64,000 bases of DNA from an uncultured Gemmatimonadales bacterium (GCA_963730185.1 CAVSQW010000007.1:320001-384000); one strand, 5' to 3'; shown: positions 35,531 to 45,527, numbered from the stretch's first letter. Numbers and translations are program-made. Notes: generated by a model from the sequence alone, not told the origin.

Positions 35531-37471
35531 ATGCCTTCATTGCTTCGTTCGATCGTCTTCGGCTCGGCCGCCACGCTGCTGGCCCTGCCCCTGACGGCGC
35601 AACGGCCGTCGCTTCCCAGCGAGACGCCGGCCACCTTCGCACCCGTCACCACCAGCTTCGACTACGAGCGTCGCGAGGTGATGATCCCGATGAGGGACGG
35701 GGTCAAGCTCCACACCGTGATCCTGGTGCCCAAAGGCGCCCGCCACGCCCCGATCCTCCTCACCCGCACACCCTACGACGCCAGCGCCACCACCACCTAC
35801 GCGGCCAGCTCGCACCTGGCGGCCAACCTGAACGGCTACGACAACGCGCTCGACGTGATCCTCCCGGGCGGCTACATCCGGGTGGTCCAGGACATTCGGG
35901 GCAAGTACGGCTCCGAGGGTGACTACGTGATGAATCGGCCCCTGGTCGGCCCGCTCAACCCGACCTCGGTGGACGAGTCGACCGACTGCTACGACTCGGT
36001 CGACTGGCTGGTGAAGAACGTGCCGGAGACCAACGGCAAGGTCGGGATCCTGGGGATCTCGTACGACGGGTTCGAGCCGTTGATGGCGCTCGTGAACCCG
36101 CATCCGGCGCTCAAGGTGTCGGTTCCGATGAATCCGATGGTCGACGGCTGGATGGGCGACGACTGGTTCCACCACGGCGCCTTCCGGCAGCAGAACCTGC
36201 CCTACATCTACGAGCAGGTGGCGTCTCGGACCAACGCCTTCAAGTGGTGGACCGACCATCACGACGACTACGACCTCTATCTGGAGGGCTCCGCCGGCGA
36301 CCTCGCCGCGTCGCACGGGATGGACCAGCTCGGGTTCTGGCAGAAGATCCTGGCCCATCCGAGCTACGACTCCTTCTGGAGCCAGCAGGCGTTGGACAAG
36401 ATCCTTGGGGCCCGGCCGCTCAGCATTCCGGTGATGCTGGTGCACTCGCTCTGGGACCAGGAGGACATCTACGGGGCGATCGCCGTCTACCAGGCGCTCG
36501 AGCCCAAGGACACCAACAACGACAAGGTCTTCCTGGTGATGGGCCCCTGGCATCACGGCCAGGAGATCGAGGACGGGAGCTCGCTCGGCGCGATCGACTT
36601 CGACGCCAACACCTCGCTTCAGTTCCAGCGCGCGATCCTCCTGCCGTTCCTGGATCATTATCTCAAGGATGGCGCGCCGTCCGACGACGTGGCCCCGGTC
36701 AACGCCTTCCTGACCGGCGCCAACCGCTGGGAGCGGCTCGACAGCTGGCCCTCGGGTTGTTCGAGCGGATGCACCGTCCGTCCGGCGCCCTTCTACCTCC
36801 AGGCCGGCTTCCACGCCGGGTTCACCGCGCCCGTGGCCGGCGGCGCGCCGTTCGACGAGTACGTCTCCGACCCCGCCAAACCCGTTCCGTACCGAGCCCG
36901 GCCGAGTCAGCCGGTGGGCTACGTTTCGCCGCTTACCTGGCCCCAGTGGCTGGTCGACGATCAGCGCGAGGCGTCGGGCCGGCCGGATGTCCTGGCCTAC
37001 GAGTCCGACGTCCTGACCGAGCCGGTGCAGATCAGCGGCCAGCCGGTCGTGCACCTGATCGCCTCGACCAGCGGAACCGATGCCGACTGGGTGGTGAAGG
37101 TGATCGACGTCTACCCCGACGAGACGGTGCCCGACCCGGCGATGGGCGGCTATCAGCTGGCCGTGTCGATGGACATCTTCCGGGGCCGCTACCGGGAGAG
37201 CTACGAGACGGCCAGGCCGATCGCGGCGGGCGAGCCGCTCCGGTACCGGTTCGAGCTGCCGACGGCCAACCACGTCTTCCTGCCGGGACACCGAATCATG
37301 GTGCAGGTGCAGTCGAGCTGGTTCCCGCTCTACGACCGGAACCCGCAAACGTTCGTACCCAACATCTTCCTGGCCAAACCCGGCGACTACCGGACGGCGA
37401 CGCAGCGGGTGTACCATACCCCGGGAGAGGCCAGCTTCGTCGAGCTGCCGGTCGTGCACCGCGGAGGGTGA
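35531..37471 (+). CDS. CocE/NonD hydrolase (alpha-amino acid ester hydrolase / glutaryl-7-ACA acylase-like)
   Basis: Signal peptide; IPMRDGVKL, RTPY, QDIRG..GSEG, nucleophile GISYDG, DQED, GPWHHG, QSSWFPLYDRNPQ. Confidence 0.92.
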   Translation: MPSLLRSIVFGSAATLLALPLTAQRPSLPSETPATFAPVTTSFDYERREVMIPMRDGVKLHTVILVPKGARHAPILLTRTPYDASATTTYAASSHLAANLNGYDNALDVILPGGYIRVVQDIRGKYGSEGDYVMNRPLVGPLNPTSVDESTDCYDSVDWLVKNVPETNGKVGILGISYDGFEPLMALVNPHPALKVSVPMNPMVDGWMGDDWFHHGAFRQQNLPYIYEQVASRTNAFKWWTDHHDDYDLYLEGSAGDLAASHGMDQLGFWQKILAHPSYDSFWSQQALDKILGARPLSIPVMLVHSLWDQEDIYGAIAVYQALEPKDTNNDKVFLVMGPWHHGQEIEDGSSLGAIDFDANTSLQFQRAILLPFLDHYLKDGAPSDDVAPVNAFLTGANRWERLDSWPSGCSSGCTVRPAPFYLQAGFHAGFTAPVAGGAPFDEYVSDPAKPVPYRARPSQPVGYVSPLTWPQWLVDDQREASGRPDVLAYESDVLTEPVQISGQPVVHLIASTSGTDADWVVKVIDVYPDETVPDPAMGGYQLAVSMDIFRGRYRESYETARPIAAGEPLRYRFELPTANHVFLPGHRIMVQVQSSWFPLYDRNPQTFVPNIFLAKPGDYRTATQRVYHTPGEASFVELPVVHRGG

Positions 37472-37476
37472 GTCGG

Positions 37477-37668
37477 ATGGGAGGACGCTGGGCTGGGCTG
37501 CTGCTCCTCTGCCTGGTGGTCGTCGTGGGCCTGTTCTGGCGCCATCGCCGGCAGCTCAGGCTGCTCGGGGTGGCCGGCGTGATCATGGTACTGGCCGGGT
37601 GTGGGCGCGCCGCCCCTGCCCGCGAGGTTCGCGGACAAGGGCGGTCGCGTTGGATCACGGCGTGGTGA
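37477..37668 (+). CDS. Small two-TM ORF, possibly a truncated gene
   Basis: GGAGG upstream; two hydrophobic stretches ending in LAGC; overlaps the convergent gene by 14 bp. Confidence 0.35.
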   Translation: MGGRWAGLLLLCLVVVVGLFWRHRRQLRLLGVAGVIMVLAGCGRAAPAREVRGQGRSRWITAW

Positions 37669-38233
37669 GCGAGGTGGAGAGCACCGGGGCCGGCGTGGTG
37701 ACGATCGCCGAGCGGGACTCGACCAGGGCGCCGTGCTGGTCGAAGAGCTGGATCTGGATCTCGAACCGGGCTTCGAGCTCGACGGGCTCCCAGTCGATGG
37801 TGGTGCCGGAGGTGAAGCTGTAGCCAACCCCCCGGGGCGAGCCGAGGTCGGTGGGCAGGTAGACGGCGGCCGGCCCGGGCGGGTCGAGCGGCGTGCCGGA
37901 CAGGACGGCGGTCAGGGTGACCGTCGGGTCGCAGGGCTTGAAGCTGACCGAGGTCCAGATCGCGCCCCACGTCTTGTTGCCGGGGTAGTATCCGGGGACG
38001 GCCTCGAACTTCTGGACGTTGGAGCAGGTGGTCGAGCCGCCGCCACCGCCGCCTCCGCCGCCACCACCCCCGCCGCTTCCGGAGCCGCCCGAAAGGGACG
38101 GTACCGTCAACTGCTCGGGGCCGGTCGGCTCGGCTCCGGCGCAAGCGGTGACGAAGGTGACGGCGAGGGCCGCGGCGGCGAGCCGGCGGGCGCGCCCCCG
38201 CGGCAGACGGCTCGGCGGGGTGGAACGGCTCAT
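37655..38233 (-). CDS. Putative lipoprotein with poly-Gly linker
   Basis: GGAG RBS; lipobox VTAC; GGSGS followed by a long Gly run; then a Cys pair and a beta-rich domain. Confidence 0.7.
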   Translation of the reverse strand: MSRSTPPSRLPRGRARRLAAAALAVTFVTACAGAEPTGPEQLTVPSLSGGSGSGGGGGGGGGGGGGSTTCSNVQKFEAVPGYYPGNKTWGAIWTSVSFKPCDPTVTLTAVLSGTPLDPPGPAAVYLPTDLGSPRGVGYSFTSGTTIDWEPVELEARFEIQIQLFDQHGALVESRSAIVTTPAPVLSTSLTTP

Positions 38234-38584
38234 GGAAGTGCTCCGGCATGGTAGGGCAGACCCATCCACGTCGCCCGGGCGGACGACGCTCGTGATCTCG
38301 CAGGCCGGGTTTGGCAGGTTTCGTTCCCCGGGGCGCCGGCGCCCCGTAAGCACGCCAATCCGTTGGAGACACACGGGTTGGACCGGCCGGCGCCGCGAGG
38401 CCTGGCCTGGCGGGCTGCATCGAAACGGTGCGGGCTGTCCCGGTTCGGACCGGCCCATCGAGCGGCCGAGCGCCGGGGGCGGCTCGCGGTCTCCGTGGCA
38501 GCCCCGGGGGAAGGTTACGGGGGAACGCTTGCGAGGACCGGGCGGCGGGCCCAACATAGGAAGGGCTCTCTCACGGCGCCGTCC

Positions 38585-39592
38585 ATGCTCTCGTTCTGTT
38601 TCTTTTGCGACCTCCCGCTCGGGACCAACCCGGAAATTGAGGAGATGCCCGTCGGGCGCCGGCTGGCATTCGACGAGCGCCGGGGCCGTCTCTGGGTCGT
38701 GTGCGTCGGCTGCGGTCGCTGGAATCTGGTCCCCGCGGAGGATCGCTGGGAGGCGATCGAGGCGTGCGAACGCCGCTTTCGCCAGAGCCGGGTTCGGTTC
38801 TGCACCGACGAAATCGGCCTGGCTCGGCTGGCGAGTGGGGTGGATCTGGTCAGAATCGGGAAACCGTTGTTGCCGGAATTCGCGGCCTGGCGTTGGGGCA
38901 ACTCGATCCTCCGGCGGCGCCGGAGCCTGATCGCCCGGCTCAGCCCCAAACTCGGCGCGCCCGCCGTGTTGATCGGGGCGCCGCTCCTGACCATGACGCT
39001 CGGTCCGGCCGGCGCGATGGTTTATGCCGGTCTAGTGGGAGTGGCGTCGGTCCAGCTCCGGCGGCGGCCGGCGCTCACCATTCCGTTGAGCAGCGGTGAG
39101 GAGCTGGTCTTGAGCCAGGCGCAGGTGTCGAGCGCGGAGCTGATCCGGGCGGAAGACGAAGAGGAGCAGTGGGCGATGTGGATCGGGTGTGCCGGCCGGG
39201 AGGTACCGCGGTCCGTGCCGATCGAGGAGACGGTGGCGGGGCCGAAGGCGCTTCTCACCGGCTCCAACGGCCGGGTGGCGGCGTCACGGATCCTGCCTCA
39301 CCTGAGTCCCGAGGGCGGCGATCACACCACGGTGCGGGAGGCGGTCCACTGGCTCGAGGCGGTGGGCGGACCGGAGCGGGCGCTGCATACCTTCGCCCGG
39401 TCGCGCTGGGTCCGGCCGGCGCTCGACGCCATCGAGCGGACCCTGGTGACCGTGCATCCGGAGGCTCGCCTGGGGTTGGAGATGGCGCTGCATGAAGCGG
39501 AAGAGCGGCGGGCGCTCGAGGGCGAGCTGACGGTATTGCGGTGGGCCTGGCACCGGGAAGAGGCGCTGGCGGAGATCGTGGACGGGATCTGA
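38585..39592 (+). CDS. Uncharacterised CxxC...CxxC Zn-finger / membrane protein (paralog B)
   Basis: CFFC...CVGC; PVGRRLAFD, GRLWVVC, RWEAIEACER, PEFAAWR, LEMALHE blocks shared with 21980-22987. Confidence 0.85.
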   Translation: MLSFCFFCDLPLGTNPEIEEMPVGRRLAFDERRGRLWVVCVGCGRWNLVPAEDRWEAIEACERRFRQSRVRFCTDEIGLARLASGVDLVRIGKPLLPEFAAWRWGNSILRRRRSLIARLSPKLGAPAVLIGAPLLTMTLGPAGAMVYAGLVGVASVQLRRRPALTIPLSSGEELVLSQAQVSSAELIRAEDEEEQWAMWIGCAGREVPRSVPIEETVAGPKALLTGSNGRVAASRILPHLSPEGGDHTTVREAVHWLEAVGGPERALHTFARSRWVRPALDAIERTLVTVHPEARLGLEMALHEAEERRALEGELTVLRWAWHREEALAEIVDGI

Positions 39593-39639
39593 AGGGGGGC
39601 GGGTGGCCGCCGCCGATGCCGTCTCTCCCCGTCCCCCCC

Positions 39640-41964
39640 TCACATCCGAATCACATAACTCACCTTTCCGAAAAACCCATCCACCGTCCGGTCCAGGCTG
39701 CTGAACCGGAATTGCCTTGGCTCGGTCAGGGAGGCGCCGTACCCCAGATAGAACAGCGTGCCTGGCGTGGGGCGGTAGCTGAAGAGCCAGTCGACCCGAA
39801 AATCGTTGGTCACGCTGCCGGTGTCGAGGACGCCGTCGATCAGGATCGGGTTGCCGTGTCGGTCGACCAGGGCGGTCCGCTCGCGGGCGGTGTACTGCCC
39901 GATGAAGCGAACGAAGAGGGCGCGGTTGAGCTGGTACTCGACCTTGAGTCGGGGGATGGTTTCGTTGGAAAAGCGCGAGCCGTCGCGACGGCGGGTGAGG
40001 GTGAGCCGGGAGAGCTGAAAGGTGCTCCGGAGCGCCGCCGTGGGGCGGAGATCGAGGGTCGCATCGACTCGCAAGCTCTGGCCCGGGGCCGCCTCGGCGA
40101 AGATCGGGGTCTGACCGAGGGCGACGCTGGCCGACATGGTGAACTGCCGGAAGGTCGGGGTCGTAACCCGGAGCGAGCCGGACCACTGGCTGGCCTCGCC
40201 GGTGGGCACGGCAAAGGGGAGGGTGCCGCCTCCCGGTGCCTGGATCGTCAGGTCGCCGTACGTGGCCGGGTCGTAGCTGTAGAAGTTCCGGCTCACGTTG
40301 CCGCCCACCTGCCAGCCGCCGCGGAGGGTGGCGGAGGGCGAGATCGACTCGTTGCCCTCGATGGCGCCGTCGCCCACGTGAGAGTAGTCGAAGAGCCGGG
40401 TCACCCCGATGAAGGTGCTGTAGGTCTGGACCAGGGCCCCCTGGCTGCCGTAGCCGCTGAACCGGTTGTAGGCGGTCGCGTTGACGATGCCGGTCCGGTT
40501 CACGAAGCCGGCGGCGGCCCGGAAGTCGGGCGCGACCGCCTCGAGGTTGTAGTGGAAGCCCCAGCTCCGGCCGGTCCGGTCCCAGACGGCCTGGAGGAGC
40601 GGGCCGCTGGTGCCGGTGCCGGCGCTGTCGGTCCATGACTGGACCGCCTGGAGCTCGACGAAGTAGAGCCGGGAGTGGTAGAGCCGGAGGTCCGCGCCGG
40701 CGAGCCGGGAGTAGTCGGCGCCGTCCTCCCGCGAGGTGAGCACGGCGCCGAGGGTGGAGTTCCGGCCCAGGTCGCCGCGGAGGCGGGCGATCCCGAAGAC
40801 GGGCGAGTGGCTACCGTTCCAGGACTGTTGCTGCTGGTCGGCGGCGGCCAGGACCCCCACGTTCACCCGGCCGACCTTGCCGGCCAGCTTGAGGCCGCCG
40901 TCGGGAGCCACGATCCGGCGGGTGTAGATCAGCTGGTTCGGGGTGTCGAAGGCTTCGAGGCCATCGAGGAAGAAGGGCCGCTTCTCGGGGTAGAAGAGGG
41001 CGAAGCGCTCGTTCAGCTGGACTTGGCCGACGTCGGCCTCGACCTGGGAGAAGTCGGGGTTGACGGTCCCGTTCATCACCAGGTTCTGGCTGATGCCCCA
41101 GCGGACGTCGCCGCCCAGGTCGCCCCCGCTCTGGTAGTCCCAGCCTCGCGCGCCGGGGGCGCCGTCGAGCCGGCCCGTCGCGGTGGGCGTGACCTCGAGC
41201 ACCAGCCCGCGCTTGAGGTCGGTCAGCCCCTCCAGCCGGCCCGATTGCCCCAGGAAGCTCGCGTTGGCCCGGACCGCCGGGGCCCAGGAGTCCTGGAAGC
41301 CGGAGTGTTGAATCCGGCGGAGCACGTTGATGCCCCAGGTCTGGGTCCGGCCCTCGCCATAGCGGAGGCTCTTGAAGGGGATCCGGATCTCGATCTGGTA
41401 GCCGTCGGGAGTGAGCCGGCCCTTGGATTCGAAGACGAAGTCGGGATTGAGGTCGACGGTGCCCTCGAGGGGGTTGATGTTGGCGGTACCGCCGCCGGTA
41501 GCCGAGCGGCCCCCGGCGCCGCCGCCGAACTGGTCGCTCCGGGTGCCGTCCTGCTGGACCCCGAGGGGGTTCACGCCGAAGAGGAAGGCGAGGCGGTGAT
41601 CGTTGTAGGTGTCGAGCAGGATCTGGATCTGGTCTTCGCTGCCGATGTTGTCGCGATTGGCGCGGGTGGCCCGGACCACGTTGCCGTGGAGCTCTCGGGC
41701 CCGGACCCCGAAGTAGATCGCGTCGGGGGCATACCAGACCAGGACCTCCGTCGGTTCCTCGGCGGGACGTCCGTCGACGGGCTGATATTGGGAGAAGCCG
41801 ACCAGGCGGGCCGCGTGGGCCCACGCCGGCTCGTCCAGGACGCCGTCGATCGTGACGGTGGCCTCGATCCGGGGGACGGTGACGTCGAGCTGGTGGGCTC
41901 GACCACTATAGCTGGGCGCCGTGTCCTGGGCGGCGACGATCGCGAGCAAAGCGAGGCTGATCAT
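39640..41964 (-). CDS. CBM9-like + DUF5916 outer-membrane protein
   Basis: IDGVLDEPAW, F.VNPLGVQ.D, EIRIPFKSLRY, VNPDFSQVEAD, FYPEKRPFFL, C-terminal FFGKVSY. Confidence 0.88.
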   Translation of the reverse strand: MISLALLAIVAAQDTAPSYSGRAHQLDVTVPRIEATVTIDGVLDEPAWAHAARLVGFSQYQPVDGRPAEEPTEVLVWYAPDAIYFGVRARELHGNVVRATRANRDNIGSEDQIQILLDTYNDHRLAFLFGVNPLGVQQDGTRSDQFGGGAGGRSATGGGTANINPLEGTVDLNPDFVFESKGRLTPDGYQIEIRIPFKSLRYGEGRTQTWGINVLRRIQHSGFQDSWAPAVRANASFLGQSGRLEGLTDLKRGLVLEVTPTATGRLDGAPGARGWDYQSGGDLGGDVRWGISQNLVMNGTVNPDFSQVEADVGQVQLNERFALFYPEKRPFFLDGLEAFDTPNQLIYTRRIVAPDGGLKLAGKVGRVNVGVLAAADQQQQSWNGSHSPVFGIARLRGDLGRNSTLGAVLTSREDGADYSRLAGADLRLYHSRLYFVELQAVQSWTDSAGTGTSGPLLQAVWDRTGRSWGFHYNLEAVAPDFRAAAGFVNRTGIVNATAYNRFSGYGSQGALVQTYSTFIGVTRLFDYSHVGDGAIEGNESISPSATLRGGWQVGGNVSRNFYSYDPATYGDLTIQAPGGGTLPFAVPTGEASQWSGSLRVTTPTFRQFTMSASVALGQTPIFAEAAPGQSLRVDATLDLRPTAALRSTFQLSRLTLTRRRDGSRFSNETIPRLKVEYQLNRALFVRFIGQYTARERTALVDRHGNPILIDGVLDTGSVTNDFRVDWLFSYRPTPGTLFYLGYGASLTEPRQFRFSSLDRTVDGFFGKVSYVIRM

Positions 41965-41984
41965 GGGGCGGGAATCTAAATATA

Positions 41985-42037
41985 GTGGCTGGTGATTGGT
42001 GACTCGTGAATAGGGAGGGAGTGGTGAGTGGGGGGGC
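41985..42037. repeat. Heptamer tandem array, same family as 34060-34237
   Basis: GTGGCTG GTGATTG GTGACTC GTGAATA (GGGA) GGGAGTG GTGAGTG. Confidence 0.7.
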
Positions 42038-42101
42038 GTCGGTGGTGGGTGAAAAGCGGCCGGCTGGTTTGCGGGGGGGCGGAGCCGGGGTAGCTTGGGG
42101 G

Positions 42102-42992
42102 ATGTCCTCCGTCGAGCGGTCGTCCGGCGCGGTTCGCAGTGAGGCCCATCCCAAGCCTCGGGACGAGGATCTCGACTTTTTCGGGATGACCCACCAGGGG
42201 TTGGTCCGGAAGGACAATCAGGACCACTTCCTGTTCTGCACCCTTCACAAGACCATGCGGGTCGGCGGAACCAGCCTGCCGAACGCCGAGCTGTTGGAGC
42301 TTCCGAGCCAGCGGCTGGCATCGCTCGGGATGGTGGCTGACGGGGTCGGGGGGCGGGCCGGAGGCGAGACGGCGAGCCGGACGGCGGTCGAGACGATCGC
42401 GAGCTACATGACCCACACGGTCGAGTCGTTCTACGCCGGCAACACTCGTGACGAGCAGGCGTTCCTGGCGTCGCTGGAGGGCGCGGCCCGCCGGGGCCAC
42501 GACGCGGTGGTGGTCCGGGCCGAAGAGAGCGGAGACGAGCGCGGCGTGGCGACGACCTTCACGATGATGATCGCGATGTGGCCCGCGCTCTACCTCCTGC
42601 ACGTGGGCGACAGTCGGTGCTACCGGTATCGCGGTGATGCGGTGAAGCAGCTCACCAAGGACCAGACCATGGCCCAGGATCTGGTCGATTCGGGGGTGCT
42701 GCCGGCGGAGCGGGCGGCCGAGAGCCGGTTCGCGCACGTGTTGTCCAGCTCGCTCGGGGGCCGGGCCACCCGGCCCGAGGTCTCCAAGGCCGATCTCCAG
42801 CCAGGCGACGTGATTCTCCTCTGCAGCGACGGGCTCACCAAACACGTCTCGGACGAGCGGATCACCGAACGGCTCCGCGCCCTGACGTCGTCGGAGCAGG
42901 CGTGCCGGGCGCTGGTGCAGGACGCGCTGGACGACGGCGGGAGCGACAACGTGACGGCCGTGGTGCTCCGGGCGATCGTTCGCCCGTCGTAG
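42102..42992 (+). CDS. PP2C-family Ser/Thr phosphatase
   Basis: TH.G.VR..NQD, VADGVGG, HVGDSR, LTKDQT, LCSDGL, GSDNVT. Confidence 0.92.
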   Translation: MSSVERSSGAVRSEAHPKPRDEDLDFFGMTHQGLVRKDNQDHFLFCTLHKTMRVGGTSLPNAELLELPSQRLASLGMVADGVGGRAGGETASRTAVETIASYMTHTVESFYAGNTRDEQAFLASLEGAARRGHDAVVVRAEESGDERGVATTFTMMIAMWPALYLLHVGDSRCYRYRGDAVKQLTKDQTMAQDLVDSGVLPAERAAESRFAHVLSSSLGGRATRPEVSKADLQPGDVILLCSDGLTKHVSDERITERLRALTSSEQACRALVQDALDDGGSDNVTAVVLRAIVRPS

Positions 42993-43045
42993 GCCGAGTC
43001 CGCCCCTCCCCCCTTATGTTCCGGAGCGAACCCACTCCGGATCCC

Positions 43046-45151
43046 ATGGCGCCACTCGATTCCATTCTTCGTCCGTCGTCGATCGCGGTGATTGGCGCGT
43101 CCCGCACCCCCCACACCATCGGGCACGAGATCGTGGCCGCGCTCCTCAAGGGCGGCTTCACGGGGCCGGTGTACCCGGTCAACCCCAAGGCGCGGTCGAT
43201 CTGCGCGGTTCCGGCGTTCCCGGATCTCCGATCGGTGCCGGGGCCGGTGGAGCAGGCGATCGTGGTGGTGCCGGCCCCGCTGGTGCGTGGGGTGGTGGAG
43301 GAGTGCGTCGAGCTGGGGGTGCAGGGGCTGGTGGTGATCAGCGCGGGCTTCCGCGAGATCGGCCCCGACGGCGCCGCCGCCGAAAAGGCGCTGGTGGACT
43401 ACGTCCGGGCGCGCGGGGTCCGGATGGTGGGGCCCAATTGCATGGGCGTGCTCAACGCCGATCCCGCGGTGGCCATGAACGGCACCTTCTATCCCAACCT
43501 GCCACCGTTCGGGCGGGCGGCGTTCGTGTCGCAGTCGGGAGCGTTGGGCCTGAGCGTGCTGGATTATGCCCGCGAGTACGGCATCGGGATCGCGCAGTTC
43601 GTCTCGGTCGGCAACAAGGCCGACGTGAGCGGGAACGACCTGCTGGAGGCGTGGGAGGCGGACCCGGGGATCGACGTGATCCTGATGTACGTCGAGAGCT
43701 TCGGTAACCCGCGGAAGTTCCTGGAGTTGGCCGCCCGGATCTCCAAGACCAAGCCGATCATCGCGGTCAAGTCGGGGCGCTCGCGGGCGGGGGCCCAGGC
43801 GGCGTCGTCACACACCGGCGCCTTGGCGGCGAGTGATGTGGTGGTGGGCGCGATGCTGACCCAGGCTGGGGTGCTCCGGGCCGACTCGGTGGAGGAGCTC
43901 TTCGATTTCGCGATGGCGTTCTCGGGACAGCCGCTCCCCAAGTCGCGGCGGACGGCCGTGGTGACCAACGCGGGGGGCCCCGGGATCCTGGCGGCCGACG
44001 CGCTCGACGCCAAGGGGCTCGAGGTCGCGCCGCTGTCGCCCGAGACGGTGGAGCGCCTCAAGCCCCTTTTCCCGAGCTATGCGTCGATCCGGAACCCGCT
44101 CGACATGATCGCCTCGGCGACGCCGGCGGGTTACCGTTCCGCACTCACCTCACTCCTCGCCGACCCGGTCATGGACTCCGTGGTGGCGATCTTCGTCCCG
44201 CCCCTGGGGGTGAGTCAGGTGGACGTGAGCGAGGCGATCGCCGAAGCCGCGATTGCGCACCGGGGCAAGCCGGTGCTGGCGGTGCTGATGGGCCACGAGG
44301 GGTTGCCGGCGGGCAAGGCGGGGCTCCATCACGCCGGCATCCCGGCCTACGTCTTCCCCGAGTCCGCGGCCCGGGCCCTGTCGGCCCTCTGGCGGCAGGC
44401 CGAATACCAGAGCCGGCCGCTCGAGCCGGCGGAACGGTTGCCGATCGACCGCGACCGGGTGGCGCGGGCTCTCCGCGGGGGCGGGGGGAACGGAGTCCGG
44501 AAACTTCCGGAGCTGGAAGCGCTCGAGGTGCTGGCCGCGGCCGGGATCCCGACCGCGGAGGCCCGCCTGGTCCGGTCGGCGACCGAGGCTCGCGATGCGG
44601 CGGAGGCCATCGGTCTTCCGGTGGCGCTCAAGGTGGTGGCGCCGACGATCGTGCACAAATCGGACGCCGGGGGCGTGTCGCTCGGGCTCGAGACCGCCGA
44701 CCAGGTCGCTGAGGAATACGAGCAACTCCTGGTCCGGGTGGCGGGGGCGGAACCCGACGCCGTGGTGAGCGGGGTGCTGGTGGAGCGGATGCTGGCGCCG
44801 GGCCGCGAGGCGATCGTGGGCGCCACGAGGGATCCGAGCTTCGGGCCGGTGGTGATGGTGGGGTTGGGCGGAATCTACGTCGAGGCGTTCCGCGACGTGG
44901 CCTTCCGGCTTCCACCGCTGGCCCGGGCCGAGGTGCGGCGGATGATCCGCTCGCTCCGGGGGGTGCCGCTCCTGGACGGGATTCGGGGGATGCCGGCGGT
45001 GGATTTCGGAGCGCTGGAGGACGCGGTGCTTCGGGTGGGGGAGCTGATGCTGGCGTTTCCCGAGATCACCGAGCTGGACGTGAACCCGCTGGTCCTCTAT
45101 CCGGACGGGGCCAGGGCCGCGGACGCTCGGGTGGTGCTGGGGCCGGCCTGA
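43046..45151 (+). CDS. Acetate/acyl-CoA ligase (ADP-forming), fused alpha-beta
   Basis: SIAVIGAS, ISAGF.E, GPNCMG, SQSG, VGNKAD, SHTGAL, NAGGPG, NPLD, HKSDAGGV, DPSFGP, ELDVNP. Confidence 0.92.
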   Translation: MAPLDSILRPSSIAVIGASRTPHTIGHEIVAALLKGGFTGPVYPVNPKARSICAVPAFPDLRSVPGPVEQAIVVVPAPLVRGVVEECVELGVQGLVVISAGFREIGPDGAAAEKALVDYVRARGVRMVGPNCMGVLNADPAVAMNGTFYPNLPPFGRAAFVSQSGALGLSVLDYAREYGIGIAQFVSVGNKADVSGNDLLEAWEADPGIDVILMYVESFGNPRKFLELAARISKTKPIIAVKSGRSRAGAQAASSHTGALAASDVVVGAMLTQAGVLRADSVEELFDFAMAFSGQPLPKSRRTAVVTNAGGPGILAADALDAKGLEVAPLSPETVERLKPLFPSYASIRNPLDMIASATPAGYRSALTSLLADPVMDSVVAIFVPPLGVSQVDVSEAIAEAAIAHRGKPVLAVLMGHEGLPAGKAGLHHAGIPAYVFPESAARALSALWRQAEYQSRPLEPAERLPIDRDRVARALRGGGGNGVRKLPELEALEVLAAAGIPTAEARLVRSATEARDAAEAIGLPVALKVVAPTIVHKSDAGGVSLGLETADQVAEEYEQLLVRVAGAEPDAVVSGVLVERMLAPGREAIVGATRDPSFGPVVMVGLGGIYVEAFRDVAFRLPPLARAEVRRMIRSLRGVPLLDGIRGMPAVDFGALEDAVLRVGELMLAFPEITELDVNPLVLYPDGARAADARVVLGPA

Positions 45152-45158
45152 CCGGCGG

Positions 45159-45527
45159 TCAGGGCTTCATGGCCGCGTCGACCGCCTCGCGGAGCTCGAG
45201 ATTGGAGAACGGCTTGGCGAGGATGCCGTTGGCGCCGAACTTCCGGGCCACGGTCAGGTACTCGTTGGCGTTGACCCGGCCGCCGCCCGAGATCGCGAGA
45301 ATCCGGACCTGGGGGTCGAGCTTCCGGAGCTCCTGAATCAGCTCCAACCCGTCGGTGTCCGGCATGATCAGGTCGGTTACCACCAGGCTCACCGCCTGGG
45401 TTCGGAACATCCGGAGCGCTTCGGCGCCACTCTCGGTGCTGGTGACGGAATGCCCCGCGCGCTCCAGCATCTGGTGGACCGTGCTCCGGCTCAGATCGTC
45501 GTCGTCGACCAGCAGGATCGTCGTCAT
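45159..45527 (-). CDS. Single-domain response regulator
   Basis: ILLVDDD, TDLIMP..DG, ISGG, LAKPF. Confidence 0.9.
   Translation of the reverse strand: MTTILLVDDDDLSRSTVHQMLERAGHSVTSTESGAEALRMFRTQAVSLVVTDLIMPDTDGLELIQELRKLDPQVRILAISGGGRVNANEYLTVARKFGANGILAKPFSNLELREAVDAAMKP

Noticed and set aside
31548..39600. Integrative element at tRNA-Asn
   Set aside because: Gene content looks accessory, but I found no integrase or transposase and no duplicated tRNA 3' end.
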